Positions 27,106 through 42,130 of a stretch of 64,000 nt of DNA are shown here, piece by piece (position 1 is the first letter of the stretch; each line of letters starts with the position of its first letter). Source of the stretch: the human T2T-CHM13v2.0 reference genome, Homo sapiens; NCBI RefSeq assembly GCF_009914755.1, contig NC_060925.1; one strand, 5' to 3'. Under the pieces are notes generated by a model. That model saw only the letters and a program-made list of their open reading frames with translations. It ran no database searches and had not been told where the DNA came from. The position numbers and the translations under genes are program-made.

Positions 27106-28439
27106 TCCCTAGCAGTACTCCTCCCAAATTCTCAATTGTACCCATCAACTCAAGGTACTGTGCTCCACTGGTTTCTACCACTAGGTGCGTTGTGGATGCT
27201 GTCCTTGAAGTTTCTGCTTAATGGGCCCAATTCTTCTGGTACCACGACAGCATGAGAACATGGCACTCTCCTTCAAAGAAGACAATTCCCTCCACATTAC
27301 AGGTAGGAAGATGTGGAGCCCCACAGCAGGGTTGTTCGAGCTCTTCATTCTTTCAGAGACAGCTGTTTCCACATATTCTAACAGCCCTTTTTCTTCTCAC
27401 GGTGCATCTCTACTACCACCAGAGTTGCCAAGGTAGGATGAGTTTATTTAGAGCCGTCATGCTGAACCAGAGGCGTGATCTCTTTTCAACCTTTAATCCT
27501 GTGGAAACTGGCTCACTCTGCCAGTCTCTACCCTCCTCTATCATTAAGTCACTTGCTGGAGCTCTGCTGTCCTTCCAGCAATTTGGTGTCCATTGGTTTA
27601 ACCACATACCCTTACTCTAATTGTGCTGGTATATACCTGATCCAGTTATGGGCTTGGTTCAAATTTACTTGCTTTGCTCTGAGAGGCTTTTCAGCCCCCA
27701 TGCAAATTAGTGCATTGAAATAGATATTTGGGTCAGACAATGTTGCTTCCCTTCCCACACCGGATGTAGCCAAGTATTGGCTGCAAACCTACTAGGACTC
27801 CATTATACTACATGCTTCCCCTAGGATTTAGTGAATAAGCTGCTTTTACTGCCAGCTGCCTTTCCCTGCCTTCCCAGACTAGCAGGGCCTGTTCATTATA
27901 CTGGACTCTTTGTGGTTTCATAGGTCCTCCTTCCTGGTCCTGATTTGGCAGTCAGATCCTCTATCCTCATGCTTCAGCCTCTGCTTCCAACCTCATTTTC
28001 TAGTCATTCTTTTAACTCATCTTCTCTTCCAGGCCCAAGGGACAAATTACTACTCGTCAGGGTGCTTTGCACTTTTCAGCCTCCAAGCCTTTGCTAGCAT
28101 TGTTCTCTCAATGGGGGTGCCTACCCCATTCCTATCTCCACCTGTTGAACTCCTGGAGAATGATGCCCTGCTCCAAGAAGCATTTGCTTAGTGGCAGTTC
28201 CTTCCCATCTTCTGAGTGCCCCAAGCCCTTCCTGCATCTTCTGCCCTGAACAGCACTCTGTAATCCACAGGGCAGGGGCTTGCTGAGCAATCTTAATGTC
28301 TAACCAGTGTCTGACCACAGCCCCAAGACCTGAGAGTTCTAGAGGGTTTTTAGGAAGGCATCTGAAGCCTTCAGAGCATCTCTTCTAGCAACCCCAGCAG
28401 AGTCCTAAGACCTTGAACCCATTCTTTTCCAAGTATATA

Positions 28440-28990
28440 CTTTTTCAATATTCAACAAACATTCTTCGAATACATATGTTGTGCTATGTTCCATGAAAAA
28501 GCACAAGACAGGAACATGAACAAGAGACACAGTCCCCGCCCTCATAGAGCTTACATTCGAATGAAGGAGACATACTGGTAAAGAAATAATTGTCATTCAG
28601 AGTGACAACTGTGATTATAGACAGCATTTGCAATAGGGATTTAAAGATGAGGCATCCCTTACAGCCTGGAAAGCCCTCCTAGAACAAGTGACATTTAAGT
28701 CAAGTCTTAAATGTTGAGTAGGAATTTCTTAGACTGAGAAGGGATTGAAGAGGGGAGAGCATTCCAGGTGAAGAGAATAGCGTGAGCAAAGGCACTAAGC
28801 AAAGAAATGGCCCACGTGAAGATGGAAAGAAAGTTAGTAGGACTGGAACAGAACGTGTGCAAGGGGAGTGATGAAAGAGGAATTTGAAGACATAGGCAAG
28901 AGTTAGATCCTGCATAGTCTTCTGAGAGTTCTTAAGGTGTTTGGACTTGGTCTTGAGGGTAATAGAGAGCCACTACTGGAGCTTCTGTGT
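28440..28990 (-). mobile_element. L2 fragment
   Basis: ATTCAACAAACATT..CCTCATAGAGCTTACATTC..GAGCATTCCAGG..AGCAAAGGC motifs. Confidence 0.7.
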
Positions 28991-28994
28991 TAGG

Positions 28995-29158
28995 GCAGTG
29001 CTTCTCAAACTTTAATGTGCATTCCAATCACCTGGGCATCTTGTTAAAATGTAAATTGTGATTATGTGGGTCAGGAAAAGGCCTTGACTCTGCATTTCTA
29101 ACAAGTTTCCTGGGGAGCTTGTGCTGCTGCTCTTCAGACCACACCTTGAGTAGCAAGG
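28995..29158. mobile_element. MER5-family hAT-Charlie element
   Basis: CAGTGCTTCTCAAACTTTAATGTGCA..AATCACCTGGG..TGCATTTCTAACAAG..GACCACACCTTGAGTAGCA. Confidence 0.8.
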
Positions 29159-29719
29159 TTTTGAGGGCACCATCATCCTACTTTAGTAGCGCTATCTCTC
29201 TGGCCTACCTTCCCCACCTTCCCACCTTCCCACCTCCCCTAAACATGTCCACTCACATCAGTAGGCACAGAGCATTTTTCTTTCTGCTGAGTCTGGTTTA
29301 AGACTACTGTGACTCTTACTTTTTTTTTTAGCATCTATATTTTAGAAGCCGTTTATTGAATATTTGTTCCATATCCAGCAAGGTATCAGGTAAGGGGTAA
29401 GGGGGGTGGCTGGGGGAAGATAAAAAGCAAGACATTTTCCTGCCCAAAAGTGTTTGGTGTCATCTCCATCTCTGAAGGGGCAGCTTTTCCTGAGCTGCCC
29501 TCTGCCAGACCTGTCATAAACATGCTAAATGAGGCCTGTCTCAGCAGTGCTCCCTGGGGTCCCACCGCTTCTGCAGCCCCATCCAGAGATGAGCCTGTTT
29601 ATCCCTAACTATTGTCTCTGACCTCTAAATCAATTCCCTATCTGATACAAAACCTCAGTCCTCCTCTACCCTCCTCCCAATTCCAAGCTAGGTCAATTTG
29701 TAAAACCAGAGGCAGCGAA

Positions 29720-29970
29720 CGATGACAGTGGTTACGCGTACGGGCTCTGAAATCAGACTGCTTGGGCTCATAGCCCAAGTCCACTACTTATTAGCTGAGT
29801 GAACTTGGGCAAGTGGCTTAACTTCTCTAAGCTTCAGTCTTCTCATCTGTAAATTGGGGACAGTACTTTGGCCTGTACCATGGGGCTGTGGTGATGATCA
29901 GATACAACAATGCATATAAAGCACAGCCTTTGAAACACGCAGAAAACACCCAATCAGTGTTATCTGTTGT
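29720..29970 (+). mobile_element. MIR
   Basis: CTTGGGCAAGTGGCTTAACTTCTCTAAGCTTCAGT..CATCTGTAAA core. Confidence 0.75.
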
Positions 29971-31810
29971 TTTCATAGATACGAAAAGCTATGTGCATGG
30001 AAGCTTATCAAAGCTCTTTGAAAGCCTGTATATGTAAAAGTCACTGTTGTCCATTATACACCTGTGGCTTTTCCTACTTGTATCATCCCCTCCCTGATGC
30101 TGGGGAGGCAGAACACAGCCGGAGATGTTCATCCCAGAAAAAAGGCCTGTTGGATGAGGCAGCCTTCAGAAAGCTCTTATGGGACAAGAGGTTTCAGCTC
30201 CCAAAGCTGAGGCTCAGTGTTGGAGGGGGGATGCTTTGCAGATCCCCTCCCACCTCAACCCCATCCCCATAGTGTCCCCTCAGTCCAGGGTCACCCAGGC
30301 TGCCCTCCTTCCAGCTGCAGTGAGAGGCAGCTTCAATCATTCATCTTGATGTCTCTATTAAGCAGGGTTATGACCAGGACGAGACAAGAAACAAGGTCTT
30401 TTAGTGTAAAAACACAGCTCCAGGGCTTGGTCCCAGGGGACTCCTTCTTGGCACTGCTGCTGCTCCTGGGCTACTGCTGCTGGGGGGCCACTGAAGTTCC
30501 AGATTGGGCAGGAAGATTCTGCTCTGAGTTCTCTCTCTTCTCTCTTCCCTTGAGCCTCCTAAGGGCCTGCCCAAAGCTTCCATTTCCAACAGGAAAAGCA
30601 ATGACTTGGCATTTGGAGGCAGCCATGAGACCTCCAGGCTGTCTTTGTGTTAGGCCTGTACCCTGACGAGGGATCACTGTCCTCATCATCATCTCACCAC
30701 TCACCAGCAACGTGGAGGTAGCCGCAGCCTTAGCCACTGGGCCCTGGGCAAAATAGGCCCTCACCTGGAGTCTGGGCTCAGAGCCTAGGGATAATAAGAG
30801 TATTTCTGATTATAGAAAGACCCAAGGAGGAATCCTAACAAGACTGCACCACAAGTCCTTGTCACTCATATTAGAGAAGGTTTAGGAACCATCAGTGGAC
30901 TAAGCATGTGCTCAGACCAAGACCTGGGCTCCATGGCAGTAGCTGTCAGCTCAAGGAGTCCAGTGTTTACCGACTCTCACCTACACTCATGCATGGACAG
31001 CAGCAGGTTAGCCCACTCACCTGGAGAAATGGGCTGAGGCTCCTGGAGAACCAGAATTAAAAGGCAACTACCGAGAATCCATTTGGAAGGACTCAGTGGG
31101 AGCTGTGTGTACAGGCTTACCCTTCAGAGGCATGCAGAGGGTTCCCAGGTAACTGCTCCCAAGTGTTAGTAACATCGCCGTTAAAACACGAGTCCTTTAA
31201 CTGTAGAACCCACAGAGGTGAAGGTACAAAAGAGAGAGGCAGGTCACCCAACACAGTTTGCTGACTGCAGTCCTGCTAATCCTCAGGTCACCAACTGCTA
31301 TTTCCCACAGTGCTGCTGCTGTCTCACTGGTCCTCATTTCTCTTTCTGTATCAAGACTTATCCTAACCATAACCTCCTCCCTGAGGTGGGCTGGCATAGA
31401 GGTAAACTTCAAGCCAGGGATCCAGGCAAACCTGGGCTCACTTCGTGATTCTTCCTCTTCTGAGCAAAGTGACTCTGGGCAAGTCATTGCTGCTCCCTGA
31501 GCTTCTGCTTCCCCTTTTGTTCCTTAAGGTCTTGAGTGAATGAGACTGTACATGTTCAGCTTAGTGTAGGACCTGGAATACAGTGGAAGAAGGTAAGGGT
31601 GGAGGAGAGAACTGGGAGTCTCGTTCCACTCTGTGCAGAGGAAGGAAGCCTCTGTGCCTAGAATGCAGGGGCGTTCTAGACTCTCCTCGCTGCAAGCTGT
31701 GGGTGGTAGGACTGTGAGCGCAGCAGGGCTGCGGAGGGAATGCCAGAGCAGCTGAGGGCAGCACAAAGTCAGAGTGAGTTAGCACTGGTCCCAGGGGTTG
31801 CACGAGCAAG

Positions 31811-31955
31811 GCAGGCTTTTACAGAGATATCCAGGGAATAAGAAATACCAGCAAGGAAGTTGCCCCATTAATAAATAAGAAGGTGGGAAATTAATGATGG
31901 TCTGAAAATGGCTGAGCTGCTGAACTCATTCTTTAAATCTGTCTTTAACAAGAAA
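31811..31955 (+). mobile_element. Ancient CR1-type LINE ORF2 fragment
   Basis: Translates GFYRDIQGIRNTSKEVAPLINKK / (frameshift) DGLKMAELLNSFFKSVFNKK, resembling CR1 KGFYRY..KRK.KE.VGPL.....EKAELLNAFFASVF. Confidence 0.7.
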
Positions 31956-34084
31956 AATAAAGAAAAGAGATTTGGCCAATTAGGAGGTAATGAAGACATT
32001 GTGGAAATAGCACCTGACAAAAGCGCACATGCGGGGAGGGGCTGAATGAGCTTCCAGTGGCCTGGACGCCCCTGCCCCTCACTGGACAGAAGGAGGGTGC
32101 CAGTGGAGGGGCCTCCTGCTTACAAGCAGGGAGGGTGGAGGATCGTCCAGGGCCTGGGAAGGGACGACGAAGAAACAAAGATGGGGAGACTCCAATCTGG
32201 GCTTAATGGATGTTTTTCAAGAACCTGTTGTGAGCCTGGGCAGGATGCTCCACATTCTCTGACACTGTCTCCTGTGAAGGCTGAGAATGAAGGTGAGGAA
32301 CTGGGGGATAAAAGGAGAGCAAGAATGGGGGCAGATGTAGAAATAAAGGGGACCCAGGAAAGGAGGGATCTCTGGGGGATGGGAAAAAGCAGAAAGGCCC
32401 TGCTCAGAACTACAAAAAGCTTAGGCCCCTGACATCTAGGATGGTTCCTTCTAGGGAGTTTATACCTAGAAAAAAATTAAGAGAAGGAAATAGGAGATGA
32501 GGCATGGAAAGGAAAGAGAAAGAAGTCAAGAGGAGAGACCTGGAGTCTAGAAGAGGAGAGGGCAAGGTAACACATGGAAGAAGGAAAATTGGAGTCAGTG
32601 TCTAGGCAGAGCTTAGGAAAGGAGCCAGGGTGGCTCCCACCCAGGAGGAAAAAGAGCCATTCTGCTAAGTTCCAGACAAACCACACTGCTTGCCACACTG
32701 ACCTAACTCCGGTATTCCACTGAGGTCCAGGTGGCCCTCCCTGTGAGCAGAATAGCAGATTCGGTGAGGTCTTGAGTAAGGGAGTGAGAATACAGGTCCA
32801 ATCTAACCCCGGCCCTACCCCTTCTTAAACACAAATGAACCTGGTCCCATGGCTAGAAAGGGGATCCAGTGCTCCCTTAGCCTTCCCCATCCTTTCCCAA
32901 CCAGGGCCTACGACCTCCTGCTGCCCCTGGGTGAGGCTCCAGGGTTTGTCTCCAAGTGTGGTTCCAGAATTCAATCCAAAGTGGCTGGGCTGTAACCCTG
33001 ACATGGTCTGTGGTGGAGGGGAATAGGGGGGGCCATGAAACTGCAGAAGAAAGAGAGGGCAGCTGGTGATGAATAGGGGCAGCCAGAGGCTTGTTAGAGA
33101 GGGGTGTGGAGAAGAAGGCCACTGCAGGGATGAGCCCTGGGCCTGATTTATCATCTTCACAGCTGATCTGAGCAAGAGGGGTTAAGTAGCAAGTTAATGA
33201 AATCTACAGATGCTGCTAAATGGGGGAGAGCTGGGAGCACCAAGGCTGGAGGGGATACCAGGCAGGACACAGGCAACAAGTTGGCCACCAAAGAAAGAGG
33301 TTCTTCTGGAGGGGAGAGACAGTCAACATATTCCAGCTGAGGGAGAGATCCTGTCTTAGTCTCTGAAATCCAGTTTTGGCAAACCACGGAGAGAGAAGTT
33401 AGAGATCAGAATGCAGGAAGAACCAAGGTCGCATCCCAGAGATGTCCTCAGCCAAACTTCACAGCCCCCGCTCCAATCCCAATGGGCTTCGTCAAACACT
33501 GGGCAGCCCCCGAGCCCTAGAGACAAGGAGGTGAATCAGACCAGTCTCTGCCGTCTCTTCTCCCAGACTGAGTGGTGAAACAAGTAACTACAGTTCTCTG
33601 CGATAAGTGCTGTTCAGCAACACAAAGGAGGGAGCAATTCATCCTGACAGGGGAGGGCAGGGAGGTCAGGATGACATTAAAGCAAGGCTTGGTAAGTATG
33701 GATTTCACCAGGCAGACAAGGGGAAAGGGGGATTCTGGGCAGAAGGAACAGCATGAGCCAAGGCCAGGAAAAGAACAAGGGAAGCTGAGGGGAAGGAGCT
33801 GACCTGGTGGAGATGCCTGTTCAGGCAAGGAAACGGGCAAGGGAAACCAGCCCAAAGCTGCAGGCAGGCCAGAGCAGCAGGTCCTGCAGTGGTCTGGCTG
33901 TGTAGGACAAGTGAGGCTGGGGGAGTCAAGGGGCAGCAGAATCCTTCCCGAAAGAGCTGCGGCTGCATGTCAACTGCATTCTCCACCTCCAGTGCTAGCG
34001 CAGGGCCTCCATTGTAGCGTTGCCCCAAGGATGAAAGAAAATCGTTCCTGTATAGGGTTTGACACAAGGCCTGGCATACAGTAA

Positions 34085-34443
<359 letters not shown>

Positions 34444-35189
34444 TGATTATTATTGTGGTGGTTAATATTCCCAGGCTGAATTAAAAAACCTGGCCCATGG
34501 GTCTGACTGCAGCTCCAAATGCACCCAGGGAGTGGCAGAAGATTGAGTGGACAGGTGGCTACTTAATAAGTAGAAGCTCAGGTGCATGAGGCAGAAAGTC
34601 ATCAATAGCTCTAATGATGAGGTGGGAGAGGGTACTGCTGAGACATCAGGGACCCGAGACCTCTGAGAAGGGGAAGACTGACACACAGGCTTATATCAAA
34701 AAGAACTCTGAGGACCAGACTGTCAACACCTCTCCCCAGGACCTGCAGGGCTGCTCTTGGAAGCAGGGAAGGAGAGCAGTTTGCGTCTTAGGGCCAGATG
34801 GCCAAGCCTTCTTATCCTTTCTCCAGCCCTTAAAGCTATCCTGGGCAAGTGAATACCTCCTTTCCTACAGAGGCCTTGCTTTCTCTACTCAAAATGTGAG
34901 TAGCAACCCTCCCCTTGTAGGAACACCCTCCCTAAGGGAAGTTGCAAGGGTATAGAAGCAAAACATCTGTCTCAGTCCTTTTTATTCTGTATCAGAGAGG
35001 TATTCAGTGAACGTTTGCTGGATGTAGGACTGAATGAACTGGTAAGAAACTGGAGGCTCTTCAGCATAGCACAGCACAGCTGCAGCTAGAAAAGGTTCCT
35101 CTACTCCCCATCGCATACACACATACATACATACACACCTCTTTCCTCGTTTTATCTCATGGCAGCTGGTGTTGAGAGAATGGATAACA

Positions 35190-35410
35190 GTATGGCTATT
35201 TAAAGAATAAACCTTGGAGTCAGACAGTCCTGGGATTCAGACTTTGTTCCACTACTCACCAACTTAAACTCCTAAGGAAGTTCCTTAACCTGCCTAAATC
35301 TCAGTTTCCTTCTCTGTAAAATGGATATAATGATACCTACTTCATAGGTTGTGTAGATTACATCAATAATACATGTAAAGAGCCTAGAAGAATACCTGCC
35401 ACACAGAAAG
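35190..35410 (+). mobile_element. MIR
   Basis: GGAGTCAGACAG..CTCAGTTTCCTTCTCTGTAAAATGG core. Confidence 0.75.
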
Positions 35411-36932
35411 TAACTGTTCTACATAAAGCAGGATCAGTAAAATGAAAACAGGAGACATTTGAATTCTCCCCTTATCTCCACTGTCCTTTCAAACCTTCTC
35501 TATGGGCCTGTACTCTCTCTGCCCCTGCATGATTTTTAATGCAGGTCATTTAACTCTATAATAAAAACTGGGTTCTGGGCCAGGCACAGTGGCTCACACC
35601 TGTAGTCCCAAAACTTTGGGAGGCTGAGGCAGGAGGATTACTTGGGGTCAGGAGTTCAAGATCAGCCTGGGCAACATAGCCAGACCCTGTCTCTACAAAA
35701 ATAAAAATAACAAACTGGGTTCTGAGACCTACCAAGTCATAAGATTAGGCAGGCCAAGTAATAATTCATCCTAAGATGGAAGAGACACATGGTGAGATTG
35801 AGCATGAACAGGACTAGAGGACACAAGCAAGCTGCAGAGCAGGTATCCCAGCCCCCATGTCATCTACCACATGGCATCAGTGCCTCTCCTCTGCTTACAT
35901 ATAGGTTGTGTGAAGAAGTGCCTTATGATCAGGGAAGAGGAGGGTAAAGCCCTACTTTGATGGATGGGTTTACCCAGTATGTGGGTACAAGCTGAAAATG
36001 GACAGTGGCTGCGCTGAAAGACAGAGGTGAGGGAAAATCATCCCAGTGAATAAAGCATTGGTCATCTACTTTGGAAAGAGAAGTAATTCAAGGTTAGAAT
36101 ATATATGGACTCATGAGCAGTGGGCAATGATTGGGATGACTGGCCAGGGCCTGGAAGCAATATTGGAGGACCACAGACAAGACAGTCTGGGGTAGTAGCA
36201 GGTGAATGGACATATGAGGATGAATACAAATTGTGAAGATCTTTGTATCACCTGTTAATGCCCTTCAGAGAGCATCCACCATGGAAGAGGCACTAAACCA
36301 TCAAGTAAACAAAATGACTCAGCCAGTTGATATCAGCCAGCTTCTGTCATTGGCTGCCCTGATGTTGGTGCAATGAATGCATAGATGAAGTAGCCATGAT
36401 GGCAGGGATGGAAGGAAGTTATGCATGGGCCAACTAACACAGGTTTCCAGTTACCAAAGTTGATCTAGCTACTGCCACTGCAGAATGTCCAACCTACCAA
36501 TGCTAAGGCCCCAAGATGGCAATGTCCATTGAGGAGATCAATTGGCCACTTGTTGGCAAGCTGATTATTTTGGACCCTTTACATCCTGGAAGGAACAGAA
36601 ATTCATTTTGACAGGAATAGACCCATATTCTGAGTTTGCCTTTTCTGCCTTGTAGGGCTTTAGCCAACACCACTTAGTGAAGGCTTACACAGAGTGTTTA
36701 ATCTACCAGCATAGGATCTCATATAGTATCCACCACATCAGAAAAAAGGACCTACTTTACAACAAAGGAGGTGCAACAGTGAGCCCATAAATGAGATCCG
36801 TTGATTGTACATATCACATACTACAGAACCCAGGAACTGCCAGCCCAACAGAGAAATGAAATGTTCTGTTGACATAGCTGAAACGCCAGCTACGATGTGA
36901 TATTTTATGAGAATGGGGCACCATTTCTTGGA

Positions 36933-37821
<889 letters not shown>

Positions 37822-38561
37822 TTCTAGGACACAGTATATACTTTAAGTCAAAGACCTTTATATGGAGATGTGTCTGCAATTGGGTCTGGGAACCAAGGGA
37901 TAGAAGCAGGAGTAGCCCCATTTACCATTACTCCTAATGATCCACTTGTGGAAATTATGGTCTTTGCAAATTTAGAGGAGCTGGTTGCCAAAGGGGAAAC
38001 ACTTCTGTTCGGAGACACAGCCAGATTCACATTGATCTATATAATATGGTTCCTGCCTGGTTATAATATGGTTATAATATGGTTCATGCTAGGGGACCAA
38101 GAGGCAAGAAGAAAAGTCACCCTATCTTGGCAGAGGTAATTGATTCTAATCATTGGAAGGCAGTAGGGCTGCCATTACACAATGGGGGCAACCAAGAGTG
38201 ATCCACTTGGTACTTGAGCATTTATTGATCCTGCCTTCCTGTTTTGATGATATATGGACAAGTGCAACAACCGCAGTTTGAGAAGGGCATGGTGACCAGC
38301 CTGAGATCCCTTAGTGATGACAGTCTGGGTCATGCCACAACTGAAGCTACCAAGACCAACAAATGCATTACCTGAGGGTAAGGGGAGTCTAGAATTGTTA
38401 GTAGAAAGGGAATATAATAAGTTGCGGCCCTAAGACTAGCTGTAACAGTGGGATCTATAGTCTATTCTGAAAACCTTTCTCTTCTAAATTTTTCTTAGGA
38501 AGAGAGGCCTACCAAAATCCTTGAGGAGATGTTCTAACAATTTATATAAAGAAGTGAATCC

Positions 38562-38870
38562 GGCCAGCCATGGTGGCTCACACCTGTAATCCCAGCACTT
38601 TGGGAGGCCGAGGAGGGCAGATCACTTGAGGTCAGGAGTTCGAGACCAGCCTGGCCAACATGATGAAACCCCATCTCTACTAAAAATACAAAATTAGCTA
38701 GGCGTGGTGGCACACTCCTGTAATCCCAGCTACTCAGGAGGCTGAGGCAGGAGAATTACTTGAATCCGGGAGGTGGAGGTTGCAGTGAGCTGAGATCATG
38801 CCACTGTAGTCCAGCCTGGGTGACAGAGCAAGACTCCATCTCAAAAAAAAAAAAAAAAAAAAAAAGAAGA
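38562..38870 (+). mobile_element. AluS
   Basis: Alu consensus match; TSD AAGAAGT(G/A)AATCC. Confidence 0.92.
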
Positions 38871-38899
38871 AGAAGTAAATCCAAGTGGCACCAGGAAAA

Positions 38900-39345
38900 A
38901 TTGCAGTAGTCGCTGTGGTCTGTTGCCTAGATCCACCCTAGATCCACCTTCAGGAAGAAAAGGAATTATTTCACCAGTTGCTGGGAGTGCTGTTTATGGC
39001 TAGGCCTCAGCTGTGTTAGCCTTGTTGAGGGACTGCTGCAGTTGAAGAAAAACTTCTTTGGCTAACATCCTTTCTCCTTCTAGGGGCTGATCAACACTAG
39101 AATATAAAGATCCCAGCCCCCTTATCCCAATTCAAATAATTTTGAAAGACCACTCCAGCTCCAGAGCTTCCTATAGGATTGTTTGAGGCCTTTGTTGGGA
39201 CTGCATCACAGCTCAACTTCTCCCTCTGCACCAATACTGCCTCCCTCACTTCCATCGGTGTTGATCCCAAGAACACTCTTTAAAAACCACTTGCATGCTA
39301 CACTTTGTCTCAGAATCTGCTTCCTGGGTAACACAACCTATGACA
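38900..39345 (+). mobile_element. LTR16-like 3' LTR
   Basis: CCAGCTCCAGAGCT..TGCATCACAGCTCAACTTCTCCCTCTGC..TCTCAGAATCTGCTTCCTGGG..AACCTATGACA end. Confidence 0.75.
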
Positions 39346-39368
39346 GTCAATAAACAAAATAAAATCAC

Positions 39369-39795
39369 TGCTATGGTCTGAATGTCTGTGGCCCACCCCG
39401 CCAAAATGTATACGTGGAAATCTAATCCCCAATGTGAGAGTATTTGGAGGTGGGGCCTTTGGGGAGTGATTAGATCATGAAGGCTCAAGGAATGTGATTA
39501 GTGCCCTATAAAAGAAATCCCATCCATACCATAAGACAGGGTGGGAAAAAAAAAGATAAAAATAAAAAAAACAAAAGCCCAGAGAGATCCCTTGCCTCTT
39601 CTACCATCTGAGGACACAATGAAAGATGGCTGTCCATCTATAAACCAGGAAATGGGTCCTCACCAGAACCTGAATCTTCCAGCACCTTGATCTTGGCCTT
39701 CTCAGTCTCCACAATTGTGAGAAATAAATTTCTATTGTTTATGAGCCATCTGGTCTATGGTATTTTGTTATAGCAGCCCAAATAGACTAAGACAG
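39369..39795 (+). mobile_element. MLT1A0-like MaLR LTR
   Basis: TGCTATGGTCTGAATG..GGAGGTGGGGCCTTTGGG..GCAGCCCAAATAGACTAAGACA. Confidence 0.8.
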
Positions 39796-40252
39796 TTTCT
39801 GTCCATGTTCAGCTTACTTTCTAAACATGGAGAGCCAGACAAAAACCACAAATATCAGAAATAAGTAAATCATTAGATATGTTTGAAGATGATAAGTTCT
39901 AAGGAAAAGAGAAAAAAGTAGAGTAGGGTAAGGAGATCAAGAGTGTCTGGGTATAGGAGTAGGCAATGGTAAACAGGATGCAGTATTAAATCAGAGGTCA
40001 AGGTATACCTCACTGAGAAAATAATATTTGAGCAAAATTTAAAAGAGGTGAGAGAATTGAACAAGTGGGTATCTGGAGACATTACAGGTAAAGAGAAAAG
40101 CGAGAGCACAGACCCTGAGGCAGGAGTCGATGTGTTTCAGGGGCACCCAGCAGACCAATGAGGCTGGAGCAGAGTGAGCAAGAAGGGAAATAAAGTGATA
40201 GGAATAGAAATTAGAGAGGGAATGTGGGAATTGAGAGTGTCAGATTGTGTAG

Positions 40253-40557
<305 letters not shown>

Positions 40558-41223
40558 TATGTAGGCTATTTTAAAGACTGTGGGCCATTTTAAAGATGTG
40601 GATTTTGCTTTGAATAAAATGAGAACTGTATGCTATTCGTCCTCCTCCAGGAAGCCCTCCTTGACTGTCTCTGGTTAGATTAGGTGCCTCTGTACTCTCA
40701 CAGCCTCTTGGGCTTCCCCCATAGTAGCACTTATCTATGGTAAATAATTGCTTCATTATCATCTGTATTGCCTGCTCAATTGTGAGCTCCATGAGGACAC
40801 ACTGAAATTATGTTGATTATAGGGGATCTTTGTGAGGATATAGACAGAAATAAGAAAGTCAAGTCAAGATATATAGCCACACGGTTAGACTTCACAGAGA
40901 TCATAAAAAAACTTAGAGAACTAGAACTGGTTCAGGATACAGCATAGTTCTAGAAATTAGGTGATTTCATTGCTGCCTCTGAATTGGGCATTCATTGATC
41001 TCTACTCTTATGTTTCACCGTTATGGTCACTTAGTACTCTGTCCTTGCTTCTATGGCACCCAACACTTCCAACCAATAAGAGTTTATATTTCCAAGGAAA
41101 AGGATCTTGTTGGTTTGACCATACCCTAGTCACTAACTCTGTTGGGCAGAGATTTCTTGTTGAGCCACACTGTGGATTCTTGGTCAGCCAATAGATTGGC
41201 TGTCTTTGGGTCTGATCTTCATC

Positions 41224-41538
41224 TTTTTTTTTTTCTTTTCTTTTGAGACAAAGGTTTTCTCTTGTCACCCAGGCTGGAGTGCAATGGCGCAATCTTGGCT
41301 CACTGAAGCCTTCGCCTCCTAGGTTCAAGCAATTCTCCTGCTTCAGCTTCCCGAGTAGCTAGGACTACAGGTGCGCACCAGCACGCCCAGCTAATTTTTT
41401 TGTACTTTTAGTAGAGACACACCAATTCTGGTTTCAACATGTTGGCCAGGCTGGTCTCGACCTCCTGACCTCAGGTGATCCGCCCGCCTTGGCCTCCCAA
41501 AGTGCTGGGATTACAGGTGTGACCCACCGCACCCAGCC
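41224..41538 (-). mobile_element. AluS
   Basis: Alu consensus match; TSD TCTTCATC. Confidence 0.9.
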
Positions 41539-41864
41539 AGGTCTTCATCCTTGATCCAGTTTGCTGTGGCCAGGGTGGTAAAGTCACTTAATACCACATG
41601 TGGTCATCTATACATAAGAAAGCACCCAGGGCCCCTCCTCTTGGTCAAGAGCTGTAGATGTAGCAGCCACTCATCGGATAATAGATTCCTCTCCAGTACA
41701 GCTTAGCATAGTGATTGGCAAATAGGAAATATCAATAAATCCATCAATCTTGTATAGAGTCCTCCTCTCTCAAGGGCCCAGCACAGTCCCTGGAACAGAG
41801 TAGACTAAAATAATTATTTTGGAATAGTAGGCCAGTGTATCCAGACAGCATAGCACAGAAAGAA

Positions 41865-42130
41865 GCAATGTAGAGTAGTGGTTATGCATGTGGATTCTTG
41901 TCCTAGACTGCTTAAGTTCAAATTCCAACTCTGCCACCTAGCAACCCTATGACCTTAAGTAAGCTACGTAACCTGTCTGAGACTTAGTTCTTATGCCTGT
42001 AAATGAGGCCACAAATGACCCCAACACCATAGGAGTGTTGGGTGCATTACATGAGACAATACACAAAGTACTTTTCTGCATTCCTGGCACATAGTGGTGC
42101 CTCGATGGATAGTAGTGCCAGTGCTATTAT
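41865..42130 (+). mobile_element. MIR
   Basis: GTAGTGGTTA..GTTCAAATTCCAACTCTGCCACCT..TGACCTT core. Confidence 0.7.

Noticed and set aside
27106-27640. Unique-looking block with several overlapping short ORFs (possible processed pseudogene)
   Set aside because: No recognisable parent protein, poly(A) tail or TSD
38036-38083. TATAATATGGTT three times, and CCTAGATCCAC twice near 38926
   Set aside because: Ordinary slippage micro-duplications in decayed ERV sequence; not a CRISPR-like array
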